The translations under genes were made by a program, and so were the position numbers. Positions 1-7,758 of a stretch of DNA of 24,000 nucleotides are shown here, in pieces. The stretch is from the NCBI GenBank assembly GCA_035604895.1, contig DATNHO010000037.1, forward strand, positions 1 to 24,000, written 5' to 3'. The first letter of the stretch is position 1. Each line of letters opens with the position of its first letter. The DNA is from Terriglobales bacterium. GTDB lineage: Bacteria; Acidobacteriota; Terriglobia; Terriglobales; Acidobacteriaceae. The notes under the pieces were generated by a model, which saw only the letters and a list, made by a program, of their open reading frames with translations, made no database searches and had not been told where the DNA came from.

Positions 1-1086
1 CTCGGGCAGTATCAGATCCTGGTGCAGTTGCCGGGCGTGGACGATCCGGCCCGGGTGAAGGAAATTATGCAGTCCACCGCCATGCTGGAAATCCGGCAAT
101 CGTTCGGTGGACCATACCCCAGCGAGCAGCAAGCCTTGCAGGATAAAGGCGGAGTGTTGCCTCCGGATCAGATGCTGATGCCGGGCCGCAGCGTTGGTAC
201 GAACGCTGGCGAAGGCGGGCAAGCCTGGTACCTGATATCGCGTGCATCGGCGGTCACCGGCCGCGACCTGCGCGCCGCCGACCAGTCGCGCGACGAGAAC
301 GGGCAGCCTTCGGTTAGTTTCACTCTGACTGGCGAAGGTGGCCGACGTTTCGCCAGCTTCACCGGCGCCCACGTCGGCGACAACCTTGCCGTCGTGCTCG
401 ACAATAAAGTGCAGGAAGTTGCCGTCATCAAAGACCAGATCCACGATCAAGGCGTAATCAATGGGCGCTTCACCGAGCAGCAAGCCAAAGACCTCGCCAT
501 GATTCTGCGCTCTGGCGCTTTGCCGGCCGGCATCAAATATCTGGAAGAGCGTACCGTGGGTCCGTCGTTAGGCAGCGATTCCATCCGCGCCGGAGTGACG
601 GCTGCGGTGATCGGCATGTTGGCCGTACTTATCTTTATGCTGGTTTACTATCACGCCGCCGGAATCAACGCGGACATCGCTTTGATTCTGAACCTGGTCA
701 TCCTGCTTGGCTTCCTTGGATTCAGCGGCGCGACTCTAACGCTCCCGGGAATTGCGGGAGTGATATTGACCGTCGGCATGGGCGTGGACTCAAACGTGCT
801 GATCTTTGAGCGCATCCGCGAGGAATTGCGCAATGGAAAAACGCCGCCCTCGGCAGTGGAGCAGGGCTTCGGCCATGCCTGGATTACGATTGTGGACACG
901 CACGTCACCACGATCGTTTCAGCAATCATTTTGTTCATCTTCGGCACCGGTCCAGTGCGCGGCTTCGCGGTCACGCTCAGCTTTGGTCTGTTTGCGAATC
1001 TGTTCACGGCTGTGTTCGTATCGCGTGTGATTTTCGACTGGTTGTTGAGCCGCAAGCAGCGCGGCGAAGCGTTAAGCATTGGGTAA
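1..1086 (+). CDS. secD: Protein translocase subunit SecD, C-terminal part (5' end lies outside the window)
   Basis: Frame 1 is open from base 1 (LGQYQILVQLPGVDDPARVKEIM...), so the Met at 22 is internal. A periplasmic domain is followed by a multi-TM core with SecD-type motifs (GPSLG, LTLPGIAG, GMGVDSNVLIFERIREE). secF follows directly. Confidence 0.95.
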   Translation, partial: LGQYQILVQLPGVDDPARVKEIMQSTAMLEIRQSFGGPYPSEQQALQDKGGVLPPDQMLMPGRSVGTNAGEGGQAWYLISRASAVTGRDLRAADQSRDENGQPSVSFTLTGEGGRRFASFTGAHVGDNLAVVLDNKVQEVAVIKDQIHDQGVINGRFTEQQAKDLAMILRSGALPAGIKYLEERTVGPSLGSDSIRAGVTAAVIGMLAVLIFMLVYYHAAGINADIALILNLVILLGFLGFSGATLTLPGIAGVILTVGMGVDSNVLIFERIREELRNGKTPPSAVEQGFGHAWITIVDTHVTTIVSAIILFIFGTGPVRGFAVTLSFGLFANLFTAVFVSRVIFDWLLSRKQRGEALSIG

Positions 1087-1088
1087 AA

Positions 1089-1208
1089 CGTGTAGCCACG
1101 GACGCCTCGTCCCGGGCGCAGCGAGAAGGCGTTAATTGGAATTAGCGGGCAAATGAACACGTAGCGAGGCGGGCAGTTGAACCCGGACGAGACGTCCGGG
1201 GCTACGTG
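1089..1208. repeat. MITE/REP-like palindromic element in the secD-secF spacer
   Basis: Two imperfect inverted copies: 1093-1116 TAGCCACGGACGCCTCGTCCCGGG and 1182-1204 CCCGGACGAGACGTCCGGGGCTA. Each arm is itself a hairpin (GGACG-cct-CGTCC; CCCGGACG-aga-CGTCCGGG). Direct CGTG flanks lie at 1089-1092 and 1205-1208. Confidence 0.5.
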
Positions 1209-1240
1209 GACATCGCAAAAGAAAAGGAGTTCTAAGCGGC

Positions 1241-2449
1241 GTGGAATTTTTTCGCAATCCAAACATAGATTTCCTCGGCAAGAAGTGGTACTTCCTCGCT
1301 TTCTCGCTGGTCTTCAGCGTGGCCGGTGTGTTCTCCATGCTGTTCTGGCACCACATCCCTTACGGTGTCGACTTTCGTGGTGGCACGCTGGTTTACGTGA
1401 AGTTCGCCGAGACGCCGGATAACAACGCTATCCGTGCCTCGATGGACCGCGTGGGCCTCCACAACGCCCGGATCCAGAGCTACGGTTCGCCGGGCAGCAA
1501 CGAAGTGCTGATCGATGTTTCCGAACAGGAGACCAGCGAGCAGGCGCTCGACCGGAGCAAGACCCAGATCATTAACGCACTGGAAACCAATGCGCCCGCC
1601 GATAAGCAGGATCTGAACAACTCGAGTTTCTTGACCATTAAGAACTTCTTGCTGCAGAAGGACCCACTCCGCCTCGGGACCGACGCGGAACAGCGATACA
1701 CAGCCCAAGCCCAGGCAATCGTCAACTACCGCGACAAGGTAAAAAGTGGCGTGCTGCATTCCCTCGACGAACTGAAGGCGGCAGCCGATCCGGCGGTGGT
1801 GGCTTCCTTGTCAGATGGCTTCTTCCTTTCCGATTTCGGCGTACGCAACGTGGAAATCGTGGGTCCACAAGTGGGAGCGCAGTTGCGCAAGCAGGCCTTG
1901 CTGGCGACGGTTTACTCGCTGGCCGGGATGTTGGTTTATCTGGCCTTCCGCTTCGAATGGATTTACGGCGTCGCTGCAGTGATTACGGTGTTCCACGACA
2001 CCTTGATTACCGTAGGCGCATTTTCTTTGATGAACAAAGAGATTTCGTTAACCGTAATCGCCGCCATCCTGACCCTGATCGGCTATTCCAACAACGACAC
2101 CATCGTTGTTTTTGACCGCATCCGTGAGAACCTGAAGCTGATGCGGCGGGAGAAGCTATCGGACATCGTCAACCGCAGCATCAACCAGACCCTGAGCCGG
2201 ACCATCTTGACAGCGGGTTTAACATTCCTCACAGTCTTGGCTCTGTATCTCTTCGGCGGCGAAGTGTTGAAGGGCTTCTCGTTGGCCCTGGTAATCGGTA
2301 TCTTAATTGGGACCTATTCGTCGATCGCCATTGCGGCGCCGATTCTGGTGGCCTATCAGGATTGGCGGTCGAACCGCGACAGGCCGCAGGTGATGGTCCC
2401 GGTCGGCAAGGACGCAGGCCGCCGGGAAAAGGTGAAGGCTAAGGCCTAA
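1241..2449 (+). CDS. secF: Protein translocase subunit SecF (402 aa, enlarged periplasmic domain)
   Basis: GTG start preceded by AAGGAG (1223-1228). The N-terminus MEFFRNPNIDFLGKKWYFLAFSLVF is typical of SecF. C-terminal TM core has NNDTIVVFDRIREN and the SecD/F signature. Confidence 0.95.
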   Translation: MEFFRNPNIDFLGKKWYFLAFSLVFSVAGVFSMLFWHHIPYGVDFRGGTLVYVKFAETPDNNAIRASMDRVGLHNARIQSYGSPGSNEVLIDVSEQETSEQALDRSKTQIINALETNAPADKQDLNNSSFLTIKNFLLQKDPLRLGTDAEQRYTAQAQAIVNYRDKVKSGVLHSLDELKAAADPAVVASLSDGFFLSDFGVRNVEIVGPQVGAQLRKQALLATVYSLAGMLVYLAFRFEWIYGVAAVITVFHDTLITVGAFSLMNKEISLTVIAAILTLIGYSNNDTIVVFDRIRENLKLMRREKLSDIVNRSINQTLSRTILTAGLTFLTVLALYLFGGEVLKGFSLALVIGILIGTYSSIAIAAPILVAYQDWRSNRDRPQVMVPVGKDAGRREKVKAKA

Positions 2450-2481
2450 AATACCGTTCCTGCCTTGAGGGCAGTATAAGT

Positions 2482-2510
2482 TTGTGATTGGCCGGGATTT
2501 GAGGTAGTAT
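2482..2510 (+). promoter_or_regulatory. Candidate sigma70-type promoter for the tonB cluster
   Basis: TTGTGA (2482-2487), 17-nt spacer, TAGTAT (2505-2510). This would give a leader of about 105 nt before tonB. Pattern match only. Confidence 0.3.
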
Positions 2511-2580
2511 CGTCCGGTTTTCGATTTGGTGGCCGTAAAACATCATTGCCGGGAGCAAATCAAGGGCAGTCGGTGTCTAA

Positions 2581-2605
2581 AGGGTAGTAGGGTAGTTAGG
2601 GTCTG
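2581..2605 (+). repeat. Three tandem G-rich 8-9 bp repeats in the tonB leader
   Basis: AGGGTAGT / AGGGTAGTT / AGGGTCTG read directly. The repeat ends 16 nt before the tonB ATG. Confidence 0.7.
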
Positions 2606-2621
2606 ATGTAGGAGAAACCTT

Positions 2622-3362
2622 ATGTTTGAAGACAGCCTGATAGAGTCCGGTGGAAGACTCAAAACGAAGAGGGGCGTCTGGACTTTCCTCTCGTTTATTT
2701 TTGAGGCCGTACTGGTCGGAGTTTTGGTGCTGATTCCACTGCTGTTCACCGAGGCTTTACCCAAAACCCAGTTGATGACCTTTCTAGTGGCGCCGCCCCC
2801 GCCACCGCCGCCACCCCCGCCACCCGCCGCGGCTCCGGTCAAGATCGTGAAGCAAGTGCAGACCAATATCATCAACAACCAGCTGCGCACGCCCACCAAG
2901 ATTCCTGAGAAAGTCCAAATGATCAAGGAAGATGAAGCCCCACCACCGGTGATGTCGGCCGGCGTGGTTGGCGGCGTTCCCGGCGGCATCCCCGGTGGAC
3001 AAATGGGTGGAGTCATTGGCGGCATTATCAGCTCGACCCCGGTCGCCGTGCCCAAAGTCGCTACGCCGACCCGCGTTCGCGTGTCCCAGGGTGTGACCCA
3101 GGGGCTGCTGATCCGTAAAATTCAGCCGAACTATCCACCCTTGGCCCGGCAAGCCCGCATCCAAGGAAGTGTGCTGCTGCAAGCCGAGATCAGCAAGGAC
3201 GGAGCCATCGAGAACCTGCATCTGATCAGTGGTCACCCCATGCTGGCGCCGGCAGCGATCGAAGCCGTAAAGCAGTGGAAGTACAAACCGTATATTCTGA
3301 ACGGCGAGCCGGTCGAGGTGGAAACGCAGATTACGGTGAACTTCACCCTGTCCGGGGGATAA
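2622..3362 (+). CDS. tonB: Energy transducer TonB
   Basis: N-terminal TM anchor (WTFLSFIFEAVLVGVLVLIPLLF), an 11-residue poly-Pro tract, a Gly-rich linker, and a C-terminal TonB_C-like domain (PNYPPLARQARIQGSVLLQAEISKDGAIENLHLISGHPMLAPAAIEAVKQWKYKP). GGAG lies upstream of the ATG. Confidence 0.9.
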   Translation: MFEDSLIESGGRLKTKRGVWTFLSFIFEAVLVGVLVLIPLLFTEALPKTQLMTFLVAPPPPPPPPPPPAAAPVKIVKQVQTNIINNQLRTPTKIPEKVQMIKEDEAPPPVMSAGVVGGVPGGIPGGQMGGVIGGIISSTPVAVPKVATPTRVRVSQGVTQGLLIRKIQPNYPPLARQARIQGSVLLQAEISKDGAIENLHLISGHPMLAPAAIEAVKQWKYKPYILNGEPVEVETQITVNFTLSGG

Positions 3363-3433
3363 GCCCGAGGCAGCAAAGATTTTCTAATTGAAAGTGACTG
3401 AGCAGTTTGAGGACGAGCTGTGTTTCCCTGATC

Positions 3434-3447
3434 CCTAAGTACTTAGG
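3434..3447. promoter_or_regulatory. Perfect 14-bp palindrome in the tonB-exbB spacer (possible operator)
   Basis: CCTAAGTACTTAGG is self-complementary. It lies in a 216-bp non-coding gap upstream of exbB. Confidence 0.3.
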
Positions 3448-3578
3448 CGATTCAGGAACGGGGCGGTTCGCGCAATTCAAGCCTTGCAGCTCGGCCTGTG
3501 ACTCCGAAAGCTTGCGCATTAAAGATCAGCAAAACGATTACCAGATTTTGAAGAGTTCCGAGGAGGAAAAAGCAACTC

Positions 3579-4334
3579 ATGCTCGCAGCCAATGTAGCAA
3601 CCCACACCCTAAGTCACATCTCCACCATGGCGGTCTGGATGTTCCAGGACCAACCGGTGGCCTGGGACCCGATCTCGCTATGGAAACAGATGGGATTCAT
3701 CGCGAGGACCGTGGTCGTTATTCTTTTCATCATGTCCGGCTGGTCCATCGGCGTAATGATTGACCGCGCCATGGCGTTTAGCGCGGCACGCAAGCAATCG
3801 CGAGCATTTGCTCCTGCGGTAGCTGGCGCCCTGCGTGACGGCAAGATTGACGAAGCTATCAAAGTTGCCGAGCGCAACAAGAAGAGCCATCTGGCGAAGG
3901 TCGTAACCGCCGGCTTGATGGAATTCCGTGCTCACCAGGAAAGCGGCGAGATTCCGGGCGAGACCATCGAAGCCTCGAAGCGCGCTTTGGAGCGCACCGA
4001 GGCTATCGTCCATGCCGAGCTTAAGCGCGGCTTGGGCGGCTTGGCTACGATTGGCTCAACTGCTCCCTTCGTCGGGCTGTTCGGCACGGTGATGGGCATT
4101 CTGAACGCCTTCAAAGGCATTTCAGAGCAGAAGGCCACCGGTCTGGGCGCAGTCGCAGGCGGTATCGCGGAAGCCCTTGTGACCACGGCCGTGGGACTGT
4201 TCGTCGCCATCCCGGCCGTTATGATGTTCAACTACCTGACCGGGCGCGTGGAAGCGTTCGACGTGGAGATGGATAACTCCTCGAGCGAACTGATCGATTA
4301 CTTCCTCAAGCGGCGGGGAGTGCGCCGGTCCTAG
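3579..4334 (+). CDS. exbB: MotA/TolQ/ExbB proton-channel protein
   Basis: Three predicted TM segments and the conserved C-terminal half (LATIGSTAPFVGLFGTVMGILNAF...GGIAEALVTTAVGLFVAIPAVMMFNYL). GAGGAGG lies upstream. An alternative ATG at 3627 cannot be excluded. Confidence 0.9.
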   Translation: MLAANVATHTLSHISTMAVWMFQDQPVAWDPISLWKQMGFIARTVVVILFIMSGWSIGVMIDRAMAFSAARKQSRAFAPAVAGALRDGKIDEAIKVAERNKKSHLAKVVTAGLMEFRAHQESGEIPGETIEASKRALERTEAIVHAELKRGLGGLATIGSTAPFVGLFGTVMGILNAFKGISEQKATGLGAVAGGIAEALVTTAVGLFVAIPAVMMFNYLTGRVEAFDVEMDNSSSELIDYFLKRRGVRRS

Positions 4335-4374
4335 CTGGCTGAGCAGGATTGGTTTTCGACCTTGAGTTGCTGAC

Positions 4375-4402
4375 CGGCGCCGGAGAATGTGCTTCGGCGC
4401 CG
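4375..4402 (+). other. GC-rich intercistronic hairpin between exbB and exbD
   Basis: CGGCGCCGGAG (4375-4385), loop aatgtg, CTTCGGCGCCG (4392-4402). This gives an 11-bp stem with one G-U pair and no U-tract after it. Confidence 0.4.
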
Positions 4403-4476
4403 CGTCCTGACCTCCACGGGGCCGAGAGCCGGGTTGGTTAGCCGACGAGGATTCCGAGTGCGCAGGAGAGTGGATT

Positions 4477-4935
4477 ATGTCCCTTAACAAACGGAACGAA
4501 GGAGCCAAGGTCAACTCCGACATCAACGTGACCCCGATGGTCGACGTGATGCTGGTGTTGCTGATTATCTTCATGGTGATCACGCCCATGTTGCAGAAGG
4601 GCGTTAGCGTGGACTTGGCGAAAGTTAATAACCCGTCCCAGATGCCGGACGCGGACAAGGAAGACGCGCTGATCGTAGCCGTCATGCGCGATGGCCAGGT
4701 GTTTTTCGGTAACGATAAGACTCCACCTGACCAACTGACGCAAAAAGTGAAAGACCGTCTGGCCAATCGCATTGATAAGCGGGTTTTCGTCCGCGCCGAT
4801 GCCCGGGCTAAGTTTGGTTCGGTCGTGGCAGTCGTCGACAATGTCCGCGCTGCGGGCGTGGACCAGTTGGGTCTGCTGACTGATCAGAAGAAACAGGGTG
4901 CGACTCCGCCACCGCCGGCAACAGGCGGACAATAG
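4477..4935 (+). CDS. exbD: Biopolymer transport protein ExbD/TolR (copy 1)
   Basis: DINVTPMVDVMLVLLIIFMV N-terminal TM signature, followed by a periplasmic domain ending VRADARAKFGSVVAVVDNVRAAGVDQLGLLT. Confidence 0.9.
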   Translation: MSLNKRNEGAKVNSDINVTPMVDVMLVLLIIFMVITPMLQKGVSVDLAKVNNPSQMPDADKEDALIVAVMRDGQVFFGNDKTPPDQLTQKVKDRLANRIDKRVFVRADARAKFGSVVAVVDNVRAAGVDQLGLLTDQKKQGATPPPPATGGQ

Positions 4936-4946
4936 AGGAGCTTGAT

Positions 4947-5387
4947 ATGGGAATGACAGCTGGAGGCGGCGGCGGCCAAAGTGCCGTGATCAACGTGACG
5001 CCACTGATTGACGTGCTGCTGGTATTACTGATCATCTTCATGGTGATTACGCCTTTAACCCCAAAAGGACTGGACGCCCTTGTCCCGCAACCCCCGCCGC
5101 CGAACGCGCCCAAGAACAACACGCCGGATCGCACCATCGTGGTGCAGTTGATCGATCGCGGAGCGGGCCAGGATCCAGGGGTAAAGATCAACAATGAGGA
5201 CACAACCTGGGACGGTCTGCAGGGGCGCTTGACGGATATTTTCAAGACCCGCGCCGAGAAGGTGATGTTTGTCAAAGGCGACGATAATGTTCCGTTTGCC
5301 GATGTAGCCAATGTGATTGACATTGCGCATGCTGCAGGAGTAGACAAGGTTGGTCTGATTACGGCCAAGATCGAAGCCGGCGGCTAG
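4947..5387 (+). CDS. exbD: Biopolymer transport protein ExbD/TolR (copy 2)
   Basis: INVTPLIDVLLVLLIIFMV signature, and a C-terminal VKGDDNVPFADVANVIDIAHAAGVDKVGLIT. GAGGAG lies just upstream. Confidence 0.9.
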   Translation: MGMTAGGGGGQSAVINVTPLIDVLLVLLIIFMVITPLTPKGLDALVPQPPPPNAPKNNTPDRTIVVQLIDRGAGQDPGVKINNEDTTWDGLQGRLTDIFKTRAEKVMFVKGDDNVPFADVANVIDIAHAAGVDKVGLITAKIEAGG

Positions 5388-5533
5388 GCACGACAAGTTT
5401 TCATTTACAGAATTCAGATGCACCTGCCCGCGTGATCGCGAACCGGCTGCGCCCGGAGGCGGTTTACGCACTGGCAGGTGCGTCGCAGATTTGTCACATC
5501 CCGGGAATCCTGGTGAGGGAGACTTATAAAGCA

Positions 5534-6361
5534 ATGAAAAAGAGCGTGCGGGTGCTGGCACTCATGGCGGTCGGGTTAACCTTGCTGTCTGGCGCTGGCT
5601 GCGACAAGTTAAGGGCGCGCGACCAGTTGAACAAGGGAGTCGCGTCCTACAAGAACGCCCGGTATGAGGAAGCCATCGATCATTTTCAGCAAGCGGTCAC
5701 CCTGGATCCCAGCCTGCTGAATGCTCGTCTTTATCTGGCGACCGCTTACGCCCAGCAGTACATTCCCGGAGTCGATGCCGAAGACAATAACCGCCTGGGA
5801 CAGCAGGCCATTGACCAATACAAGGCAGTCCTTGAGCGCGACCCCAAGAGCATCAATAGCGTCAAGGGAATCGCCTACATCTATTTGCAGATGAAGAAGT
5901 TTGAAGACGCCAAGACCTTCTACCGCAAGGCGCTCGAAATCGATCCCAACGACGCCGAGCCGTATTACTCAGTGGGTGTGATCGACTGGACCCAGACGTA
6001 TCAGCCGCGCATGGAAGAACGCGCCAAGCTGGGTCTGAAGCCGGATGAGCAATTGAATCCCAAGGACAAGAATCAGAAAAAGGCCTGCGACGATCTCAAA
6101 CAAAAAAACTCGGCTAACATTCAAGACGGCATTGATGCGCTCAAGAAAGCCCTTGAACTACGAGCCGACTACGACGATGCCATGGCGTACATGAACCTGA
6201 TGTACCGCGAAAAAGCGGATGTGGAATGCGACGATCTAGCGGGGCGGGCTGCGGATCTGAAAACGGCTGATGAATGGGTCGACAAGACCATGGCTACCAA
6301 GAAAGCTAAGGCCGAGAAGCAGCCTGGCGCTCAGGGCATCACCATGGATCAGCCGAAGTAA
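5534..6361 (+). CDS. TPR-repeat lipoprotein, last gene of the TonB/ExbBD cluster
   Basis: I prefer ATG 5534 (GGGAGA upstream) over the ORF-track start at 5432. It yields MKKSVRVLALMAVGLTLLSGAGC, a signal peptide plus lipobox Cys. The body has TPR-like repeats (YEEAIDHFQQAVTLDP, FEDAKTFYRKALEIDP). Confidence 0.85.
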   Translation: MKKSVRVLALMAVGLTLLSGAGCDKLRARDQLNKGVASYKNARYEEAIDHFQQAVTLDPSLLNARLYLATAYAQQYIPGVDAEDNNRLGQQAIDQYKAVLERDPKSINSVKGIAYIYLQMKKFEDAKTFYRKALEIDPNDAEPYYSVGVIDWTQTYQPRMEERAKLGLKPDEQLNPKDKNQKKACDDLKQKNSANIQDGIDALKKALELRADYDDAMAYMNLMYREKADVECDDLAGRAADLKTADEWVDKTMATKKAKAEKQPGAQGITMDQPK

Positions 6362-6441
6362 TGGATCAGCCAAAATAAAGATCAGCCAAAGTTAATGATC
6401 AGCCGAAATAAATAAAGCAGATCAACCAGATTAAATCAGCC
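6344..6441 (+). repeat. A/T-rich tandem repeat (period about 16-17 bp) of the motif GATCAGCCRAA, spanning the stop codon of the TPR gene
   Basis: GATCAGCC at 6347, 6364, 6380 and 6397. Degenerate copies are GATCAACC at 6420 and ATCAGCC at 6435. Spacings are 17, 16, 17, 23 and 15 bp. Confidence 0.85.
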
Positions 6442-6468
6442 AAAAGCATCCCTGGGTAAGCGGCGACC

Positions 6469-6493
6469 GAGCCAGCCTGCATCCCGCTGGCTC
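6469..6493 (+). terminator. Hairpin downstream of the TPR gene (possible weak terminator)
   Basis: GAGCCAGC (6469-6476), 9-nt loop, GCTGGCTC (6486-6493). There is no clear U-tract. Confidence 0.3.
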
Positions 6494-6550
6494 TCACAAA
6501 GATACAAGCAACTCCACTGGCATAGCCCTCATCAATAAGGCTGCATCTCT

Positions 6551-6772
6551 ATGTACATTTTGACCCTCAATCCCGGCGAGTCCGCTTTCGTCCGTTGCAC
6601 TCGTTGCGAGAACCTGAACCTGATGGTGACCAACGAAAAAGAAAGCGATGTGTCCCTGCAGTTCAACACCAAAGACGATCAACTGGACGCTGAGTGTTTT
6701 CAGTGCAAACAGCACTATTTCTGGACTCCCGGCTCGGTCGCAATCGTAAAGTCCTCTGAAAGCGCAAATTAG
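6551..6772 (+). CDS. Small hypothetical protein with two CxxC pairs (zinc-ribbon-like), 73 aa
   Basis: C16-x2-C19 and C49-x2-C52. Third-position GC bias resembles neighbouring genes. The SD is weak (AAGG 12 nt upstream). The antisense ORF 6494-6811 looks non-coding. Confidence 0.55.
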   Translation: MYILTLNPGESAFVRCTRCENLNLMVTNEKESDVSLQFNTKDDQLDAECFQCKQHYFWTPGSVAIVKSSESAN

Positions 6773-6870
6773 CAACTCCCCCCTCGCTCCAGGACCAGTG
6801 CCTTCCGTCACATGATTCGAGTGCTCGTTCCCGGTAACATTAGACCTTCGCGTTGCCGGGAGATAAGCGC

Positions 6871-7521
6871 ATGAAATGGAAGCTGGACCGCATTATCAGC
6901 GTGGCTACTCTGGCTGCGTCCTTGATCGCCATATTTCTTGTATTGAAGAAGCCAGCGCCCGTAGCGCCGGCGCAGTCGCCCGCAGCGGCGGCCGCCAATG
7001 CCGAGTCTGTTGAGAAGAAGCTGGAGCAATTGGAACAGCCCAAGGACCCCGGCCAACCACCCGCGCAGGTTCGCTTCAACTCCGATGAGATCACCGCTGC
7101 GCTGGCACAGGCAGCGGCGTTGGTTCCGGCGAACATCTCCGCGTCTTCAGCGGCTCCGCAAACCAGCCCAGGCTTGCCGACTTCGGTTCCCTCTTCGCCC
7201 GACGCGCCCATCGGAGAGGGTGAGCCTGAGGTGAAGGACTACAAAGTAAATTTCGACGGCGACGTGGCCCGCGGCCAGTTTGTCACCCAGATCGGCGGCA
7301 AGGATGTTTACGTTACGCTCGCGGGACATCTAGGCTCAAAGGATGGCTACGCGACCTTCGATCCCACCGAATTTAAGATCGGCGATCTGAACGTTCCGCT
7401 GTCGCTAGTCAGCGGCGCCCTGCAAAAGAAGCTTACCGAACAGCGCGACCGTCTGAAGCTTCCAGATGACGTCGGCAACATCAAGGTCGAGAACGGTCAA
7501 CTGGTCGCAACGCAAAAATAA
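6871..7521 (+). CDS. Hypothetical membrane-anchored protein with an Ala/Pro-rich linker
   Basis: I prefer ATG 6871 (GGGAGA 7 nt upstream) over TTG 6853. It has an N-terminal TM helix (IISVATLAASLIAIFLVL), a low-complexity linker and a globular C-terminal domain of about 90 aa. I recognise no family. Confidence 0.75.
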   Translation: MKWKLDRIISVATLAASLIAIFLVLKKPAPVAPAQSPAAAAANAESVEKKLEQLEQPKDPGQPPAQVRFNSDEITAALAQAAALVPANISASSAAPQTSPGLPTSVPSSPDAPIGEGEPEVKDYKVNFDGDVARGQFVTQIGGKDVYVTLAGHLGSKDGYATFDPTEFKIGDLNVPLSLVSGALQKKLTEQRDRLKLPDDVGNIKVENGQLVATQK

Positions 7522-7758
7522 TTGGATGGTGTGTTGACAAATGCCGGAAGGCGCCTTGGCCGAGCGCGAAATGTTACCTGTGCCCTCTGGAAGAAGATTT
7601 GTTGAACTCGTTCACCTGCCTGGAACTCCTACCCGATTTTGACATTTTGATTACATTTCCATGACATCCCCAGACCGGGTAGGACTACGATGCGGCGGTT
7701 GAGGTTTCTCAACCTACACGTGCAGGTTTCCTCAAACACTAGGCCGGAGGGGTCAGTC

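Noticed and set aside
1241-2449. SecF is about 80-100 aa longer than typical, owing to an insertion in the periplasmic domain.
   Set aside because: The frame is continuous and the flanks are well conserved. This looks like lineage-specific domain expansion rather than a fusion or annotation problem. I could not evaluate it further without alignments.
2551-2605. Considered a G-quadruplex in the tonB leader.
   Set aside because: Only three closely spaced GGG runs are present. A fourth would need a 15-nt loop, so a stable G4 is doubtful. It is kept only as a tandem-repeat observation.
2790-2835. Highly repetitive CCGCC/CCACC tract, considered as a possible simple-sequence or contingency repeat.
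   Set aside because: It encodes the in-frame poly-Pro spacer (11 Pro) of TonB, a normal feature of TonB proteins.
2450-3600. Looked for a Fur box (GATAATGATAATCATTATC-like) upstream of tonB and exbB.
   Set aside because: No convincing match was seen by eye in either upstream region.
3407-3763. 118-aa ORF covering the tonB-exbB spacer and the start of exbB in another frame.
   Set aside because: It has no SD and no recognisable motifs, and it overlaps the well-supported exbB start.
6344-6445. Considered whether the GATC-rich, A/T-rich repeat tract is a replication origin.
   Set aside because: I saw no DnaA-box-like 9-mers (TTATCCACA or its complement) nearby, and no dnaA, dnaN or other origin-linked genes are in the window.
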